From contig NW_026859247.1 in the NCBI RefSeq assembly GCF_026571515.1, positions 1-64,000 on the forward strand: a stretch of 64,000 bases of DNA, in the 5' to 3' direction. The DNA is from Ruditapes philippinarum. Lineage: Eukaryota. The notes beneath the pieces are model-generated. The model searched no databases. It worked only from the letters and a program-made list of their open reading frames with translations, and was not told the DNA's origin. Each line of letters starts with the position of its first letter. Position 1 is the stretch's first letter. The position numbers and the translations under genes are program-made. Of the stretch, positions 1 to 13,532 are shown piece after piece.

Positions 1-954
1 TCAACCAATCAATCAATCAATTCAACAATTATGTTACAGTACTGGAACGACTGTTATAGAGGAACAAACCGCTCAAAAATCATCAGATGTTATTTACTAT
101 TTTTAGAATTTAACTATAGATCAATCCGAACGCGTGGAAAGTTTCTCTTAAAGTGCCATGTACTCCAATGATACAACTTTATTTTCTGTTTCAAAAATTA
201 TTTGGATTGTCGGTTTGAAATTTTTAAGAATCAGAGGGTACACCATTTTCCTGTCTATTTCATGAAATGTAAACGGTAATTTGTACTTATTAATAGAAAG
301 AAATGACACAAATAAAATGAATTAAATAAATAAATAAACAAATAAAAAATCAAACGTGATTAATTGATGTAACATTTACTGATTTATATGCTTATTTAGC
401 TATACTCTCTGCAGCAAACATCACACATACTTGTCGGTGATTGAACTAACCAATTTAAGACAATAAGTCCGTGTGAAAGGCTACCAATATATGTAAAAGT
501 TTTTTATACTTCAAAAATGGCCGTCCCTGACGCCCGGGTTTGACTTTCCTAGCTGGCTGTTTTTTATTCATTTGAAAAAATCAAAAAATTTAATAAATTC
601 AAAAAATCTGATTTTTTTTTTGGGGTCCGGCCCGGGCACGCGTCACCTAAGAAATACTTTTGCGGGGGGTTTTTTGGGGTTTTCAAATTTCGGGTATCCC
701 ACTATATATGTTTATAATTCATGTTCATGGGAAAAAAAAAACGGATCAATATTTGTACGTACTTTCAGACCTCTTACGTAACAGAAATATCGTGCGTTTT
801 ATGAAAAAAGAACCTTAATACACACTGAACAAACGATTCTGAATTTGAGACTGGAATAAGTTCTGCTTTACAAAGCAAACACTTTTTCGATAAAAAAAAA
901 CTTGACATTTTATAGATAACTTGAAAATCATTATAATTTAAGAAAGTACGAAGC

Positions 955-2097
955 ATGGCGAAGGTTTCGCTGATGGCAGTTGTCTGTATTATGACAATGG
1001 TATTGCTGGGAAAGACACTGGGTGATACAAGCGGAAATGACACGGTGACTGTTGATAGTATGTATTTTATATGCACAAAAGCTGGTTGATGTTACTAAAG
1101 GGCAACGTTGATTACCATTACTAGAAGAGAAACTTATGTTTCTGTTTAAACATATTTGTTTTTTTTTTTGTGCAAATCAGCATTTCTAAAAGTATTTATG
1201 TACCATTATCATTTTAACCAATTAGACTGATTTTATTTCTACACAGCAATGGAAGTGGTATCACAATAATTAATCTTGATCGTGATATACTATTTGTGAA
1301 CACGGGGCCTCATATTTCCACGTGCCTTCGCAGGCTACCACTTTTATCCTAGATTTTTGAAATCTTACGATTCTTTCGATTCTTTCGTAAATATTACTTT
1401 TATTGGTTAACCGCCATGCCAATTTAATCCAAACTTCACAGGAATGTTTTTCTTTGGTGGTCACCTTTACAATTTAATTCTATATAGAAATCAGTTTGTC
1501 ATGGCAACCGAAAGAAAACACTTTTCTTTAAAAAAAAAAGCAAAGAGCTAGTGTTAGATATTTGGCATGAATCATTTCTAGTGAGTGTCTACCAAGTTTG
1601 TTCAAATAAAATCTTACGTACTTTTTTGAAAAATATTTTATTATAGTCTTCTAAATAAGGCAATTGAACAACAAAGCTGAATTCAGATGTTCAGATACCT
1701 GACGTGTTTTTTTAGAATGTAGCAAATACTTTAGTAATAAAAAAAGAAAGTATAAAAACAAATAAGTGTACTGGATTATTAATAATTATTTAAGCATTTA
1801 TTTTGTGAAAAAAAATGTGTTATACGCGAGTGGAGTTTTTCGTTTAGCTTTTTTATTGTTCGCTTGTGTTTATTGTTATCTTTTTTGACATCTAAAAAAA
1901 CGACTTCCGATATTCTTTTTCTTTCAACAGCATGTAAACTACCAAAGGAAACAGGACCATGCAAAGGGTTATTCCCACGATTCTTTTACAACGCACAAAA
2001 TTCAACGTGCGAGCAGTTCGTTTATGGTGGTTGCTGGGGAAACGACAACAACTTTCAGACAGAGTCGTTATGTCAGTCAGCTTGCGTAAAATCTTAA
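955..2097 (+). CDS. Secreted single-domain Kunitz/BPTI-type serine protease inhibitor, ~89 aa; exons 955-1057 and 1931-2097
   Basis: Exon 1 encodes a signal-peptide-like MAKVSLMAVVCIMTMVLLGKTLG and ends at a phase-1 donor (a|gtatgt). Exon 2 follows ttttctttcaacag and encodes CKLPKETGPCKGLFPRFFYNAQNSTCEQFVYGGCWGNDNNFQTESLCQSAC, with six Kunitz cysteines and FxYGGCxGNxNNF. P1 is Lys. Confidence 0.9.
1405..1612 (-). mobile_element. Degenerate fragment of the satellite-bearing (HINE-like) element family, in the Kunitz intron
   Basis: gtgtctaccaagtttgttcaaataaa is the reverse complement of tttatttgaacaaacttggtagacac in the 63.3-64 kb repeat. Confidence 0.55.
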
Positions 2098-3166
2098 TAA
2101 ATGTTTTACGACTGACTTAATATTTGGTGGTTTTCTCATAAATTATGTTTGTTTCTGAAAATCTTACAGCTTGAGGCTGATATATTTATCAACATCTGAG
2201 ACAATTAAGATAAATTCTGTGATTTGACAATACAATACTTACTTCTTTTAAACTAGCGATTTTGTATATAAATGATGCACATTTTTTGCATTGCAAGACA
2301 ATGATGGCAGCACCAAAAAAGCAATTTGAAAACAAAGATCTAAAAAAGTATTTAGTATTTAAACATTATATATATATTATAAAATATATATATATATATT
2401 GATTTTAATTAAATGCTACTTGCTTACGACATCTCGCATATATATATATGACTGATTTTAATATATCCACTTTGTTTTGCATTTTTAAGTGTATTTATCT
2501 GTTTAAGAATAATCAATTATATATCCTTGATTCGCAAACATTTACTATTTTGAAAAATAATATTGCCAACGCGCATTATAATAGATATATGTCAAGTCTT
2601 TTCATGATGTTGAAAGTGCTGAAGATGTTGTGAAATAGCACTGTAGAAATTTTACTACACTGTACGAGTCAGTTTATAACCGTAACATAGTATTAATCTA
2701 TTAAAGACTAGATATAACAATGATGGGTGCATAACAGGAATTGGCGGTATCACGACCTATTAACTTCACTTATTTATTAATTTTGAATGAATTCAAATCC
2801 ACATTAAATACATGTGGTAACATTGTAGTGATCGTACATATAACATGTCTGGAATTTCCGAAGTTATTGACATAAAGGTGCTTATTTAATCCCTTTTCGA
2901 TATTCCACAGCAACGATGAACTGATTTTCAAAATATAAATAAGAAGATAAGTAACCATATCATTGACAGAATACTGTTTTACTTTAAAATATTCATAGGA
3001 AACCCTTTTTTAACAAACACATTTTGATTTCATTGGCCATTATCTACCCTTTTGAATGATATACTAATGTACGTCGTTTTTCCCAGTTAAATCTTTTATA
3101 CATGAGTTCATAATCAATTATATGACAAATAAACACAATTAACTATCAACGTTGATTTATGCTAAA

Positions 3167-5860
3167 TCAGCCAATAATACTAGGCTCGTTCAAACTGAAA
3201 GATAAACAAATGATCTCATTAAAACGCAATAACATTCTACAGATATTCAGTCATATTTTTATTTAATCTTAAGTTGATCTAAATCGGCAGAAAAAATATA
3301 ACATTAAGAGAACCATAGCCTTAACAGATTTCTTACATCGACTTACTGAGGCTCTTAAAACGGAAGGAAATGCGGATTTGTGTCATTCTTAACCCGAGTT
3401 ATTGGTCCAAGAAATATCAAACTGTATATCAATATATGAGCCGCGTCATGACAAAACCAACATAATGGGTTTGCGACCAGCATGGATCCAGACCAGCCTG
3501 CGCATCCGCGCAGTCTGATCAGGATCCATACTGTTCGCTATCAGTTTCTCTACTTGTAATAGGGTTGGTAAGCGAACAGCATGGATCCTGATCAGACTGC
3601 GCGGATGCGCAGGCTGGTCTGGATCCATGCTGGTAGCAAACCCATTATGTTGGTCTTGTCGTGACGCGGCTCATATAGAAAGTTCAGTCCCTTTATGACA
3701 AAGTCTCACAGCTAAGCCCCCAAAAGGTGACGATGAAGGTAATAGAAGTTATAACACATCCGTACCTCTGTTCACAAATGAAAAATGATTTTCGGTCACA
3801 GTGATAATCGTGCCATGTGTATGATTCATGACCCCAAAGGCATGCGCAGTCTTGGTTATTTTTATCACTCGTTTCTGGTTGCCCTGGATACCAATTGGTA
3901 TAACCATTGGAGAGGAGTGTGCGGTCAGTATACCATACCCATATTCCTTCAATCTCTCCATCTGTTGCACCCAGCCAAAACCAGTTGTCTCTTTTGGTGG
4001 CTGTTGTTATGAAAAATATTAAATTGCACTAGGATATGTTATTTTAAAGGGACAAATATATCTGATGTGTTTCATGAAACTAAATAAAACTCAAAATGAA
4101 TTTATATGCGACCATATATAGTTCCTCACACTTAATCACAGTTTCGTTATATAGTTCTGGTACTTCTGGATCATTCTCATTACTGGTTCAAATTCTAAGT
4201 GGTTAAGATTTCAAACACTGCATAAAAGACACAAAGAATGATTCACTTTACATTTCCTCACATGAACTGACTGAATCAATCGAAAATGTAAAGCTCGGGA
4301 AATTGCTTGTCTTGTCATTGGTCTCGGAGACTCTTTTCCATCCAGAATTTATAGATACTGTAATACTGTTTCACTGATTAAAGAAGGTTCCAACACTAAA
4401 TATATCCAGACAAGTGATTAAACAATGAATAAAGTCATTAACAATACAGACAAAATAAGATATTCTACTGGTAAAGAAGTAACATATGATTTGAGGCCTA
4501 CGAAATTATACACACACCACGTGTGATTTTCTAACTATCATAGAGACTGTCAAGCCATCACAAAACAATAGTCGGACGACAGTTGTCTGTCCTATCTATC
4601 ACTTTAATATAATAAGAACCTCTGCGATGTGTTCAATTCTTAATATATCTATCGTGTAAGTCATGAAAGAGTATACTTAACCGTCTTTAAACAATCGCTT
4701 GCTGTGGTTTTGAAGAAATGAAAATTCATCTGGGTTTTCAATTGTCACCACATGCGAACCACCATAAGATGCACAAGTTTGCTGAAATAGTATATGCAAA
4801 CTTGTTCCGAGTTTGTAAGGACAAGTATGATACAATACAATCTGGATTTAAAATTGACAAGATGTTTTGATCATTGACGCCATCACTATTAAGTGTTAAT
4901 AATTGAGTACCTCAAGCTGGTGCTAGAGGCGTGAGGGATGTTGCACATTATCATTATTCCTCATGTACAGACTCAATCAAACCGAGTCTGTGATTTCATG
5001 TAATTTTGTTGTGTTAAATGCTTCCGAGGGAACACACTTTATACAGATTTTTAATGTTTCTCACTAAATGACAAAATCATACATTCTAGATTCAACGTTT
5101 AACTTACAGGAATGCATGTATTCATCATTCTGTTCAAACAATTCATACGGGAATATTTCAGTACAAATATATCAAATGATGAAATACATAGAACAAAAAT
5201 GCAATAGGCGATTGTTAGACTATTAAAGGGTATATTTTTATAACTGTCAGGAACTTAACAAAACTGTTCTTTCTTCTGAAGTCATTGCATTCGTAAAATA
5301 TTATAAAGAGTTTGTTTTTCATGTTAATATGTGTATATCACTCATAAATTTGATGATTAGTTGAAAAAATCTTTAATTTCTTGATTGGTGTAACATAATG
5401 AGTATTTTTTAAAATATTGTTAGCTTTCCCAAATACAAATAACTACAAAAGCATAGATACACTGCTGAGTGTATATCTATCTTACTAATTATTTGAAACG
5501 TACCGTTGCTTCTGTCCAGTTAAGTTGATGGTCTTCGTCAAATAGATAGCAAGATTCTTCGAATGTTATCCACCCATTTTCACAACATGCACCTGTGTTT
5601 TTGATAAAACTGAGATAATGGCAAGCCTTTTTACAACTCATTGAACTTTTAATTTCTCTTTTTTAAAATAAATACACGCAATAGACGGAATTTGAAATTT
5701 TGCTATTTAGGTGCTACTGATCTAAAATTAAGTAAGTTTTTAAAACAAACAACATATTTCATTTAATAAGATAGCTTTGAAAATAATCTAATTTACCCAC
5801 GAAAATCCTACACTGTACAAGAATATATGCAATTATTGTATACAAATAAAGTACTTTCAT
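3167..5860 (-). CDS. C-type lectin (perlucin-like) paralog 1, intact; exons 5860-5797, 5592-5504, 4781-4682, 4000-3766, 3194-3167
   Basis: Spliced product: MKVLYLYTIIAYILVQCRIFVG-ACCENGWITFEESCYLF..WTEAT-QTCASYGGSHVVTIENPDEFSFL..-FWLGATDGEIEGIWVW..YTNWYPGQPE..NQDCACLW..WHDYHCDRKSFFICE-QSLNEPSIIG*. All introns are GT-AG with phases 1,0,1,2. Confidence 0.9.
3433..3677. mobile_element. ~245-bp palindromic MITE in the last intron of lectin 1
   Basis: Near-perfect ~100-bp terminal inverted repeats (tatatgagccgcgtcatgacaaaacc... / ...ggtcttgtcgtgacgcggctcatata) with TA-rich ends; non-coding. Confidence 0.9.
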
Positions 5861-7359
5861 TGTACAAACTAAATGATCATACCAAAATGCTCTAATCATT
5901 TAATAAACTTTGACATCTATCGCAAACTTGACACTAGTCGTACAAAGATAAGAAACAGTTCTAATATGTCGTTATTTAAGCCTATTTCTACGCTAGAGTG
6001 TACAATATTGGAATACATATTGACGAGGACAAAGTTATAAAATACCATATTGTAAGAGCATTCAAATAATGCTTTAAAGAGCTTAAACCATTCCGTATCC
6101 CGTTTCAATGCTGGAAAAGCAAAGTTAACCAACATAATTATTTGATTAATTATCTCATTTATTGGCCTTCTTAGAAGAGTGATCGTTCCTGAAATGAGGA
6201 CTAGAAAGGCACCGAGACCTTCATCCGTAGTCGCCATATGACATTATACAATATAAAACACGTTTGCTTAATTTTTATTAATGGGAAAAGTTAACAGGTT
6301 TTTTCAGTTACCTGCCCAATGAACATACACGTTCCTCTAATATTGTTAATGAGGGTATGAGGGTGACCCTTTCAGAAACATAAACGAAGTGACAGGAAGG
6401 CGGAAACTGTTTAAATTAATCATTTATAGCGCAAATACATGTTTATTCATAGCGCAGATATAATAGCCAATAAAATATCTTTGGAAAGTAGAATAGGAAA
6501 AAAAGAATCCCTAAGAACGTCCAAAACGACAGAATTGAGGAAAAAAATAGTGCAGACTTGGTTTTAACTGAGTCTGATCATAGAGGGTACTAAAAAATGC
6601 AAGCTACCGTCTACGCCCCCTAGGCAAAATTTTAACATTAAAGCATAAAAATGTGTTCAAACTTTAGTTAAAATGGCACCTGCAAGTAGACAAATTCGTC
6701 TTTTGCCACGAAAAGCAGCGTTTGGAAGTTTTTTGCCCTTACTGAGAACACAATGGGCGAAAATTTAAAAAAAATGAATTTTGCAAGGTCACTGTACATT
6801 CGCTATTTACAGGTAAAGGAAAACAATGAATAAACAAGTTTGAGACAGAAAATTAGTTCATAAGATTAGTACGCTAAAAGAAACAAAAAATAAGATATAA
6901 AGGGAACGTTAAAAGAAGTTTACTACACATTTCTATGTTAAAGCAACTATGTGTTGAATGATTCCGGTCACATTTAGATATTAATTGTCATATGGTATTG
7001 TAAACATAGCATTAACATGCCTAATACAGTATATTGTGATCGAAACCATTCATATAAAAATTATTTACTTATTGCAGTTCACAAACATGTTTAGCAAGTA
7101 TTACAAAAAAGGTTAATAAAATGCAACAAGGTGTTCAAAAATAAAAAAAAGATCATCAAGACTTGTAAGTAGCATTATAAAAAAAATATTTTATAAACAT
7201 GTACTATGGAATGATCATCTGCTATCTCTTTGGAAACATGTTCATTATTTAAATTATTTCTATTAAATATCATAAACAGTTTGTTAATGATACTTGTGAT
7301 TTTTTTTGCAGACAGACTACGCTCTGTTGTTATTAATTATTGGTCAGCAGCCATCAGTT

Positions 7360-9835
7360 CGCTGACACTGACTCGATGTGTGTGAGCTCAGCCCCTCTTG
7401 CCCGGAGCTCAGCATAAATAGTTTTACATCGCTGTCACTGAACAATGAGTGTGAGTGCAGCCCCTCTTGCCCGGAGCTCAGCTAAAATAGTTTTACATCG
7501 CTGTCACTGAACAATGTGTGTGAGTGCAGCCCCTCTTGCCAGGAGCTCAGCATAAATAGTTTTACATCGCTGTCACTGAACAATGTGTGTCAGTGCAGCC
7601 CCTCTTGCCCAGAGCTCAGCTTAAATGGTTTTACGTCACTGACACTGACTCGATGTGGATGAGTGCAGCCCCTCATGCCCGGAGCTCAACTAAAATGGTT
7701 TTACGTCACTGACACTGAACGGTGTGTGTGAGAGTAGCCCCTCTTGCCCGGAGCTCAGCTAAAATGGTTTTACATCACTGACACTGACTCGATGTGTGTG
7801 AGTGCAGCCCCTCTTACCCAGAGCTCAACTAAAATATTTTTACATCACTGACACTGACTCGATGTGTGTGAGTGCAGTCCCTCTTGCCCAGAGCTCAGCT
7901 AAAATAGTTTTACGTCACTGACACTGAACGATGTGTGTGAGTGCAGCCCCTCTTGCCCGGAGCTCAGCTAAAATAGTTTTACATCACTGACACTGACTCG
8001 ATGTGTGTGAGTGCAGCCCCTCTTGCCCAGAGCTCAGCTAAAATATTTTTACATCACCGACAATGACTCGATGTGAGTGAGTGCAGCCCCTCTTGCCCAG
8101 AGCTCAGCTAAAATAGTTTACATCACTGACACTGACTCGATATGTGTGAGTGCAGCCCTTCTTGCCCAGAGCTCAGCTAAAATAGTTTTACATCACTGAC
8201 ACTGAACGATGTGTGTGAGTGCAGCCCCTCTTGTCCGGAGCTCAGCTAAAATATTTTTACATCACTGACACTGACTCAATGTGTGTGAGTGCAGGCCCTC
8301 TTGCCCAGAACACAGCTAAAATAGTTTTACTTCTTTGACACTGAACAGTGTGTGTGAGTGCAGCCCCTCTTGTCCGGAGCTCAGCTAAAATGGTTTTACG
8401 TCAGAAACACTGAACGATGTGTGTGAGTGCAGCCCCTCTTGCCCGGAGCTCAGCTAAAATATTTTACATCACTGACACTAACTCGATGTGTGTGAGTGCA
8501 GCCCCTCTTGCCCAGAGCTCAGCTAAAATGGTTTTACGTCACTGACACTGACAATGTGTGTGAGTGCAGCCCCTCTTGCCCAGAGCTCAGCTTAATTATT
8601 TTTACATCATTGACACTGCACTGACTCGATGTGTTCGAGTGCAGCCCCGCTTGCCCAGAGCTCAGCTAAGATAGTTTTACATCACTGACACTGAACGATG
8701 GGTGTGAGTGCAGCCCCTCTTGCCCGGAGCTCAGCTAAAATAGTTTTACATCACTGACACTGAACGATGTGTGTGAGTGTGCAGCCCCTCTTGCCCGGAG
8801 CTCAGCTTAATTATTTTTTACATCACTGACACTGCACTGACTCGATGTGTGTGAGTGCAGCCCCTCATGCCCAGAGCTCAGCTAAAATAGTTTTACATCA
8901 CTGACACTGAACGATGTGTGTGAGTGCAGCCCCTCTTGCCCAGAGCTCAGCTTAATTATTTTTACATCACTGACACTGCACTGACTCGATGTGTGTGAGT
9001 GCAGCCCCTCTTGCCCGGAGCTCAGCTAAAATAGTTTTACATCACTGACACTGAACGATGTGTGTGTGTGCCACCCCTCTTGCCCAGAGCTCAGCTAAAA
9101 TAGTTTTACATCACTGACACTGAACGATGTGTGTGAGTGTAGCCCCTCTTGCCCAGAGCTCAGCTTAATTATTTTTACATCACTGACACTGCACTGACTC
9201 GATGTGTGTGAGTGCAGCCCCTCTTGCCCAGAGCTCAGCTTAATTATTTTTACATCACTGACACTGCACTGACTCGATGTGTGTGAGTGCAGCCCCTCTT
9301 GCCCAGAGCTCAGCTAAAATAGTTTTACATCACTGACACTGAACGATTTGTATAAAGGGTGCAGCCCCTCTTGCCCGGAGCTCAGCTAAAATAGTTTTAC
9401 ATCACTGACACTGAACGATGGGTGTGAGTGCAGCCCCTCTTGCCCAGAGCTCAGCTAAAATAGTTTTACATCACTGACACTGAACGATGTGTGTGAGTGC
9501 AGCCCCTCTTACCCGGAGCTCAGCTAAAATAGTTTTACATCACTGACACTGAACGATGGGTGTGAGTGCAGCCCCTTTGTCCGGAGCTCAGCTAAAATAG
9601 TTTTACATCACTGACACTGAACGATGGGTGTGAGTGCAGCCCCTCTTGCCCGGAGCTCAGCTAAAATAGTTTTTCATCACTGACACTGAACGATGGGTGT
9701 GAGTGAAGCCCCTCTTGCCCGGAGCTCAGCTCAAATAGTTTTACATCACTGACACTGAACACTGAACAATGGGTGTGAGTGCAGCCCCTCTTGCCCGGAG
9801 CTCAGCTAAAATATTTTTACATCACTGACACTGAA
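7360..9835. repeat. Tandem minisatellite, 69-bp unit (70- and 75-bp variants), ~35 copies
   Basis: Consensus gatgtgtgtgagtgcagcccctcttgcccggagctcagctaaaatagttttacatcactgacactgaac, repeated head-to-tail with no unique spacers. Confidence 0.95.
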
Positions 9836-10689
9836 TGGAATTAGTTTTACATCACACTTGTATAATATAACGAATTGATGGAAAATGACTAAAGTCTGGT
9901 GAGATTTGTGATTCAAAATAACTGGAGGGTTTGTATTCACTTGATAACCATTCTTACTAGTCCTGTAATTAATTTATTTCACTTTTAACCTTCATTATAT
10001 CTGAAATAAATACACATTTCTAATTTTAATTTCCATGAAAGATGTAAACCAAACACAGATAGTATATGTCGATTTAGATGTTAATGCATTTAAACGGATT
10101 AATTAGTAACAATTTGAAGGGAATTAAATATCCAATGAAATACTTATGCAAATAAAACATGCTTACAGAAACTAAAACTAAATTTGTCACATTATACTGT
10201 ATTTATGTCTTAAATGGTTTTTCCTTTCAAAAAGACGAAAAAAAAACCCACAAACATAGTTATAGTGGTGCAAAAGCATGTAAGTTATGGCGGGAAAAAT
10301 GTGTCTAACACCGATGCTTCTATTTCACTGCACCTTCATGTACAGTTACAATATGGCTACTATGGATAGGAACATTCATGCTGAAAATTTAATTCATTGT
10401 TCCTAGAAATGTACACGAATTTTTGAAACTTTTGCTTCGGTGATTGAATAATAGAATAGTTTCCTTTGCATTGCACATACATTGACCTTTAAATTCTGAT
10501 TAATACTACGCGTTTTTGATATACCGTTTATTGTTGAAAATAATTTTCATTATATAGAATGTGAAGTGTCAAAATGATAGGTGTAAACTTTCAAATAAAT
10601 TTTTTCACTTTTATTTATTTGAACTACATTGTTGTCAACTCTTCAATATGTATTCTTAAGTAAAAATATATACTTTGTTTGTGTTTTAT

Positions 10690-10771
10690 TGGTACTGGTG
10701 GTACTGCACCATGCATTATTTCGGGGGAAACGGGCAGCAGAGTACGACCACTTGCGTTCTGTAAGTTTGCT
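10690..10771 (-). mobile_element. Degenerate SINE fragment abutting the assembly gap
   Basis: Weak similarity (ggtgg...tgcattatttc...cgggca) to the SINE body at 23.2 kb. Confidence 0.35.
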
Positions 10772-10925
10772 NNNNNNNNNNNNNNNNNNNNNNNNNNNNN
10801 NNNNNNNNNNNNNNNNNNNNNNNNNNNNNNNNNNNNNNNNNNNNNNNNNNNNNNNNNNNNNNNNNNNNNNNNNNNNNNNNNNNNNNNNNNNNNNNNNNNN
10901 NNNNNNNNNNNNNNNNNNNNNNNNN
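10772..10925. other. Assembly gap (N run)
   Basis: Run of N bases. Confidence 1.
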
Positions 10926-11332
10926 AATAATAAATATAATATCTGAAATTATGTCGAATTGAGATTGTATATTATAGCCGATCATAAAATAAAGGTAACT
11001 TCATTTTTACATCTGTAATCTATTTGCTTATCCATGCTTTTTATTTACTTTATGTAATGTACATAATGTACTTACTTTTGCAAAGGATGATCCCCATTTC
11101 CTTATAAAAGTTTAATATTCTACAAAACATTGGATCGGGAAATTGGAGCAAATATGTACATAGACCGAAGGCTTTGAATGACAATAACATTAACTGTTTA
11201 CATATTATTAAAACAGAACATTCACGATAATTAATATAATTGTAAAATGTGCAACCAAATTTAAAATCAAAAGAGAAGCAGTATTGATCAACATTTTTCA
11301 TTGATGATTACATATTTAATCAGGGGAGATGT

Positions 11333-11470
11333 TTGACCAGAAATTGGATTTTACGAAGACATGTTCATGGCCAGTATGAGGCTCTCATTGACGAACTTGT
11401 TGCTGAGGATCCGGCGTCCTACAAGAACTTCACTAGAATCGGACCTGATATGTCTCAGGATTTGGGTGCG
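11333..11470 (+). mobile_element. PIF/Harbinger transposase N-terminal fragment (relic)
   Basis: TRNWILRRHVHGQYEALIDELVAEDPASYKNFTRIGPDMSQDL matches the W-x-x-RR...G-x-Y-x-x-L-x-x-EL...D...Y-x-NF-x-R pattern of Harbinger/HARBI1-like proteins. No DDE core follows. Confidence 0.7.
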
Positions 11471-11554
11471 ATGAGGCCTACTATGGTAGCAAAATCCTAC
11501 ATAGGGAGTCTCAAACGAACAAAGACAAAAGTGAATATCACAACAATGAAATGT

Positions 11555-13532
11555 TTAAACAGGATGTGTCCTTGAATTATTTTCTATAGATGTTTCTTCC
11601 ATAAGCTGACTGTAAGGAGGTGGTTCAGAAATTCCACTATAACTAAACGCTTGTACGCGAGTAGTTTCCCTGTTTTCAATTTCTCTAATCCTAGTTTCTA
11701 GTCGTTCAATCGTTTCTACCAACTCTCTAGTATTTCTTGTCCCTGCAGCACTTGCACCATTTGTATTAGCGCTTGCACTCGTCGAATTAGCACTTGTACT
11801 CGCAGCTGGAGCTGTTGTGTTGGTAGAAGGCTGTGCATTAGGTCTATTTGTGTTATTTCTGGCAGGTTTTGGATCTTCTTTTATTTGCTCTAGGACTGTG
11901 TGTACCGGACAGTTACTTAAAAGCAAGTAAATAAATGAAAATATATGCACAACAAGCAGGCCAATTGCAAGGCCTCTGTACATATCTCCCCGTTCGCCTT
12001 CGATATCATAGTAGCAAGTGTTTCTCACAACAACAGTGTTATTTTCTTTTTTATCTATTCCACAATTAACACCACCTATTGCAGTAAGAAGTATACCAGG
12101 AATACACCATAACATTCCAACTCTGCAGGTCCATGGCCAGATAATATTCTAGAAAATATCAATAAGTTGCATTACAGAAAGAATCACAATTGAACAATTT
12201 CGAAAAACTTTTTTTTTCAAAAACAAAATTAGAGTAGATTTATTGACATTTGACGTGGTATTTGAAAACAGTAAAGAACTTACACCAATTGTTGTTTTCG
12301 TCAGTATTTTTATTATGTTCTTTCTGGTCACTCCTTTCTTCTCAACAGCGTTGACAACATATATTCTTGATATTAGGTTCACGAGAAGCTGCGGAAAAAA
12401 TATTGAAATATTATTTTATTTTTAATTATATAATTCATATTTCGACAAGGTTCTATGTGATGTAATAAACTCGTATTGCAGTTATTGTACTTTTTTCTAA
12501 ATTGTTTGATCACAAATAAATTAAGGTCACATTTGTTATAAGAGTTTGTCGAGTTACTGCTGAACCATTTCCTGAGAACTAGACATTTCCTTATGTGGCA
12601 GCGGTTTTTCATACATTCTATGATATGTGTGTGTAAGACATGTTTCATAGCACCGGTGAAAACATCAAAAAATCCTTTCTGATAGGCAAGAAATTTTTAG
12701 ATAAATCGTCGGTCAAAGACTATTTATCAAAGGCACTTTACTCAAGGTATCTTGCATAATTTAAACAGAAAATAAATATGCAGGACTGCCGTATAATAAT
12801 CGTGCAAAATATGTGATGCACCAAGAGTTCTTTGTTTATTTTTTACGCCAACACTATAGGGCTATCCTAAGAATCAATCTTGTCACTACAAATTTTTGAA
12901 ACCTTTAGAAGAACTGACCAAAATTGTTCATTTAGACGACCATCAATCATGACTTTATATTATTCTTAACTTACGATAGCTCCTAAAATAAATCCAGTGA
13001 AGAAGTATTGGTAGGGAAATGTTCCCCCATCATCCATACCGGCGCTCAGACTGGACAGTGATATACTTGCTGCCATGAAACCAAATATACACACCTCACA
13101 AAAATACTGGTCACCAACAAACCTGCAACAAATATTTGATACAATATAATTGACAGCCTCCGTTACTTTGTAAATCAATGGCAGTAAAACTATAAAAAAG
13201 AACAACATTAAATGATTAAATGGTATATAAATTATAGGTTTATTTGTTTGATATATTTCTACCTAATAAACCTCTTCTACAAATCAACTTTTGAAAAAAC
13301 AGTTATTCATCTTACATTTTATGCAAAGCGAAAATATCGCGGTATTTAGTAAAGTTTACAAAACAAACATAATTATGCAAGTTTCAGAGACGGTTAATAA
13401 AGAAATCATCCCTTTTATAAAATAAGATAAAGAACTGCTTAATAGTCCGATAAACAAATCAATCGTAATTCATAAACATGCTTAAATATATTCTTACTTT
13501 CTCGGAGGGTGTTCTCCGTGTCCTTTCCCCAT
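11555..13532 (-). CDS. Four-transmembrane protein (MS4A/CD20-like), ~258 aa, with C-terminal coiled coil and PPPY motif; exons 13532-13498, 13122-12975, 12148-11555
   Basis: MGKGHGEHPPRK|FVGDQYFCEVCIFGFMAASISLSSLSAG..YQYFFTGFILGAI|NIIWPWTCRVGMLWCIPGILLTAIGG VNC..TCYY..GLAIGLLVVHIFSFIYLLL..LVETIERLETRIREIE..EPPPYSQL. Introns are GT-AG, phases 2 and 0. The family assignment is an inference from topology. Confidence 0.75.

Noticed and set aside
1247-1257. Possible microexon in the Kunitz intron
   Set aside because: The acceptor is good, but available donors give 8 or 11 nt, which breaks the phase-1 frame.
3446-3628. 60-aa ORF MDPDQPAHPRSLIRIH
   Set aside because: Translation of the palindromic MITE.
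3749-4022. ORF-track ORFs 3749-3970, 3785-4012, 3828-4022
   Set aside because: Alternative frames or antisense of lectin 1 exon 4; the true frame has no internal start.
5917-6237. 106-aa minus-strand ORF
   Set aside because: No recognisable domain; overlaps SINE-tail-like sequence (agtcgccatatgac) upstream of lectin 1.
7360-9835. CRISPR-like periodic array
   Set aside because: The whole unit repeats with no unique spacers; no cas genes; eukaryotic context.
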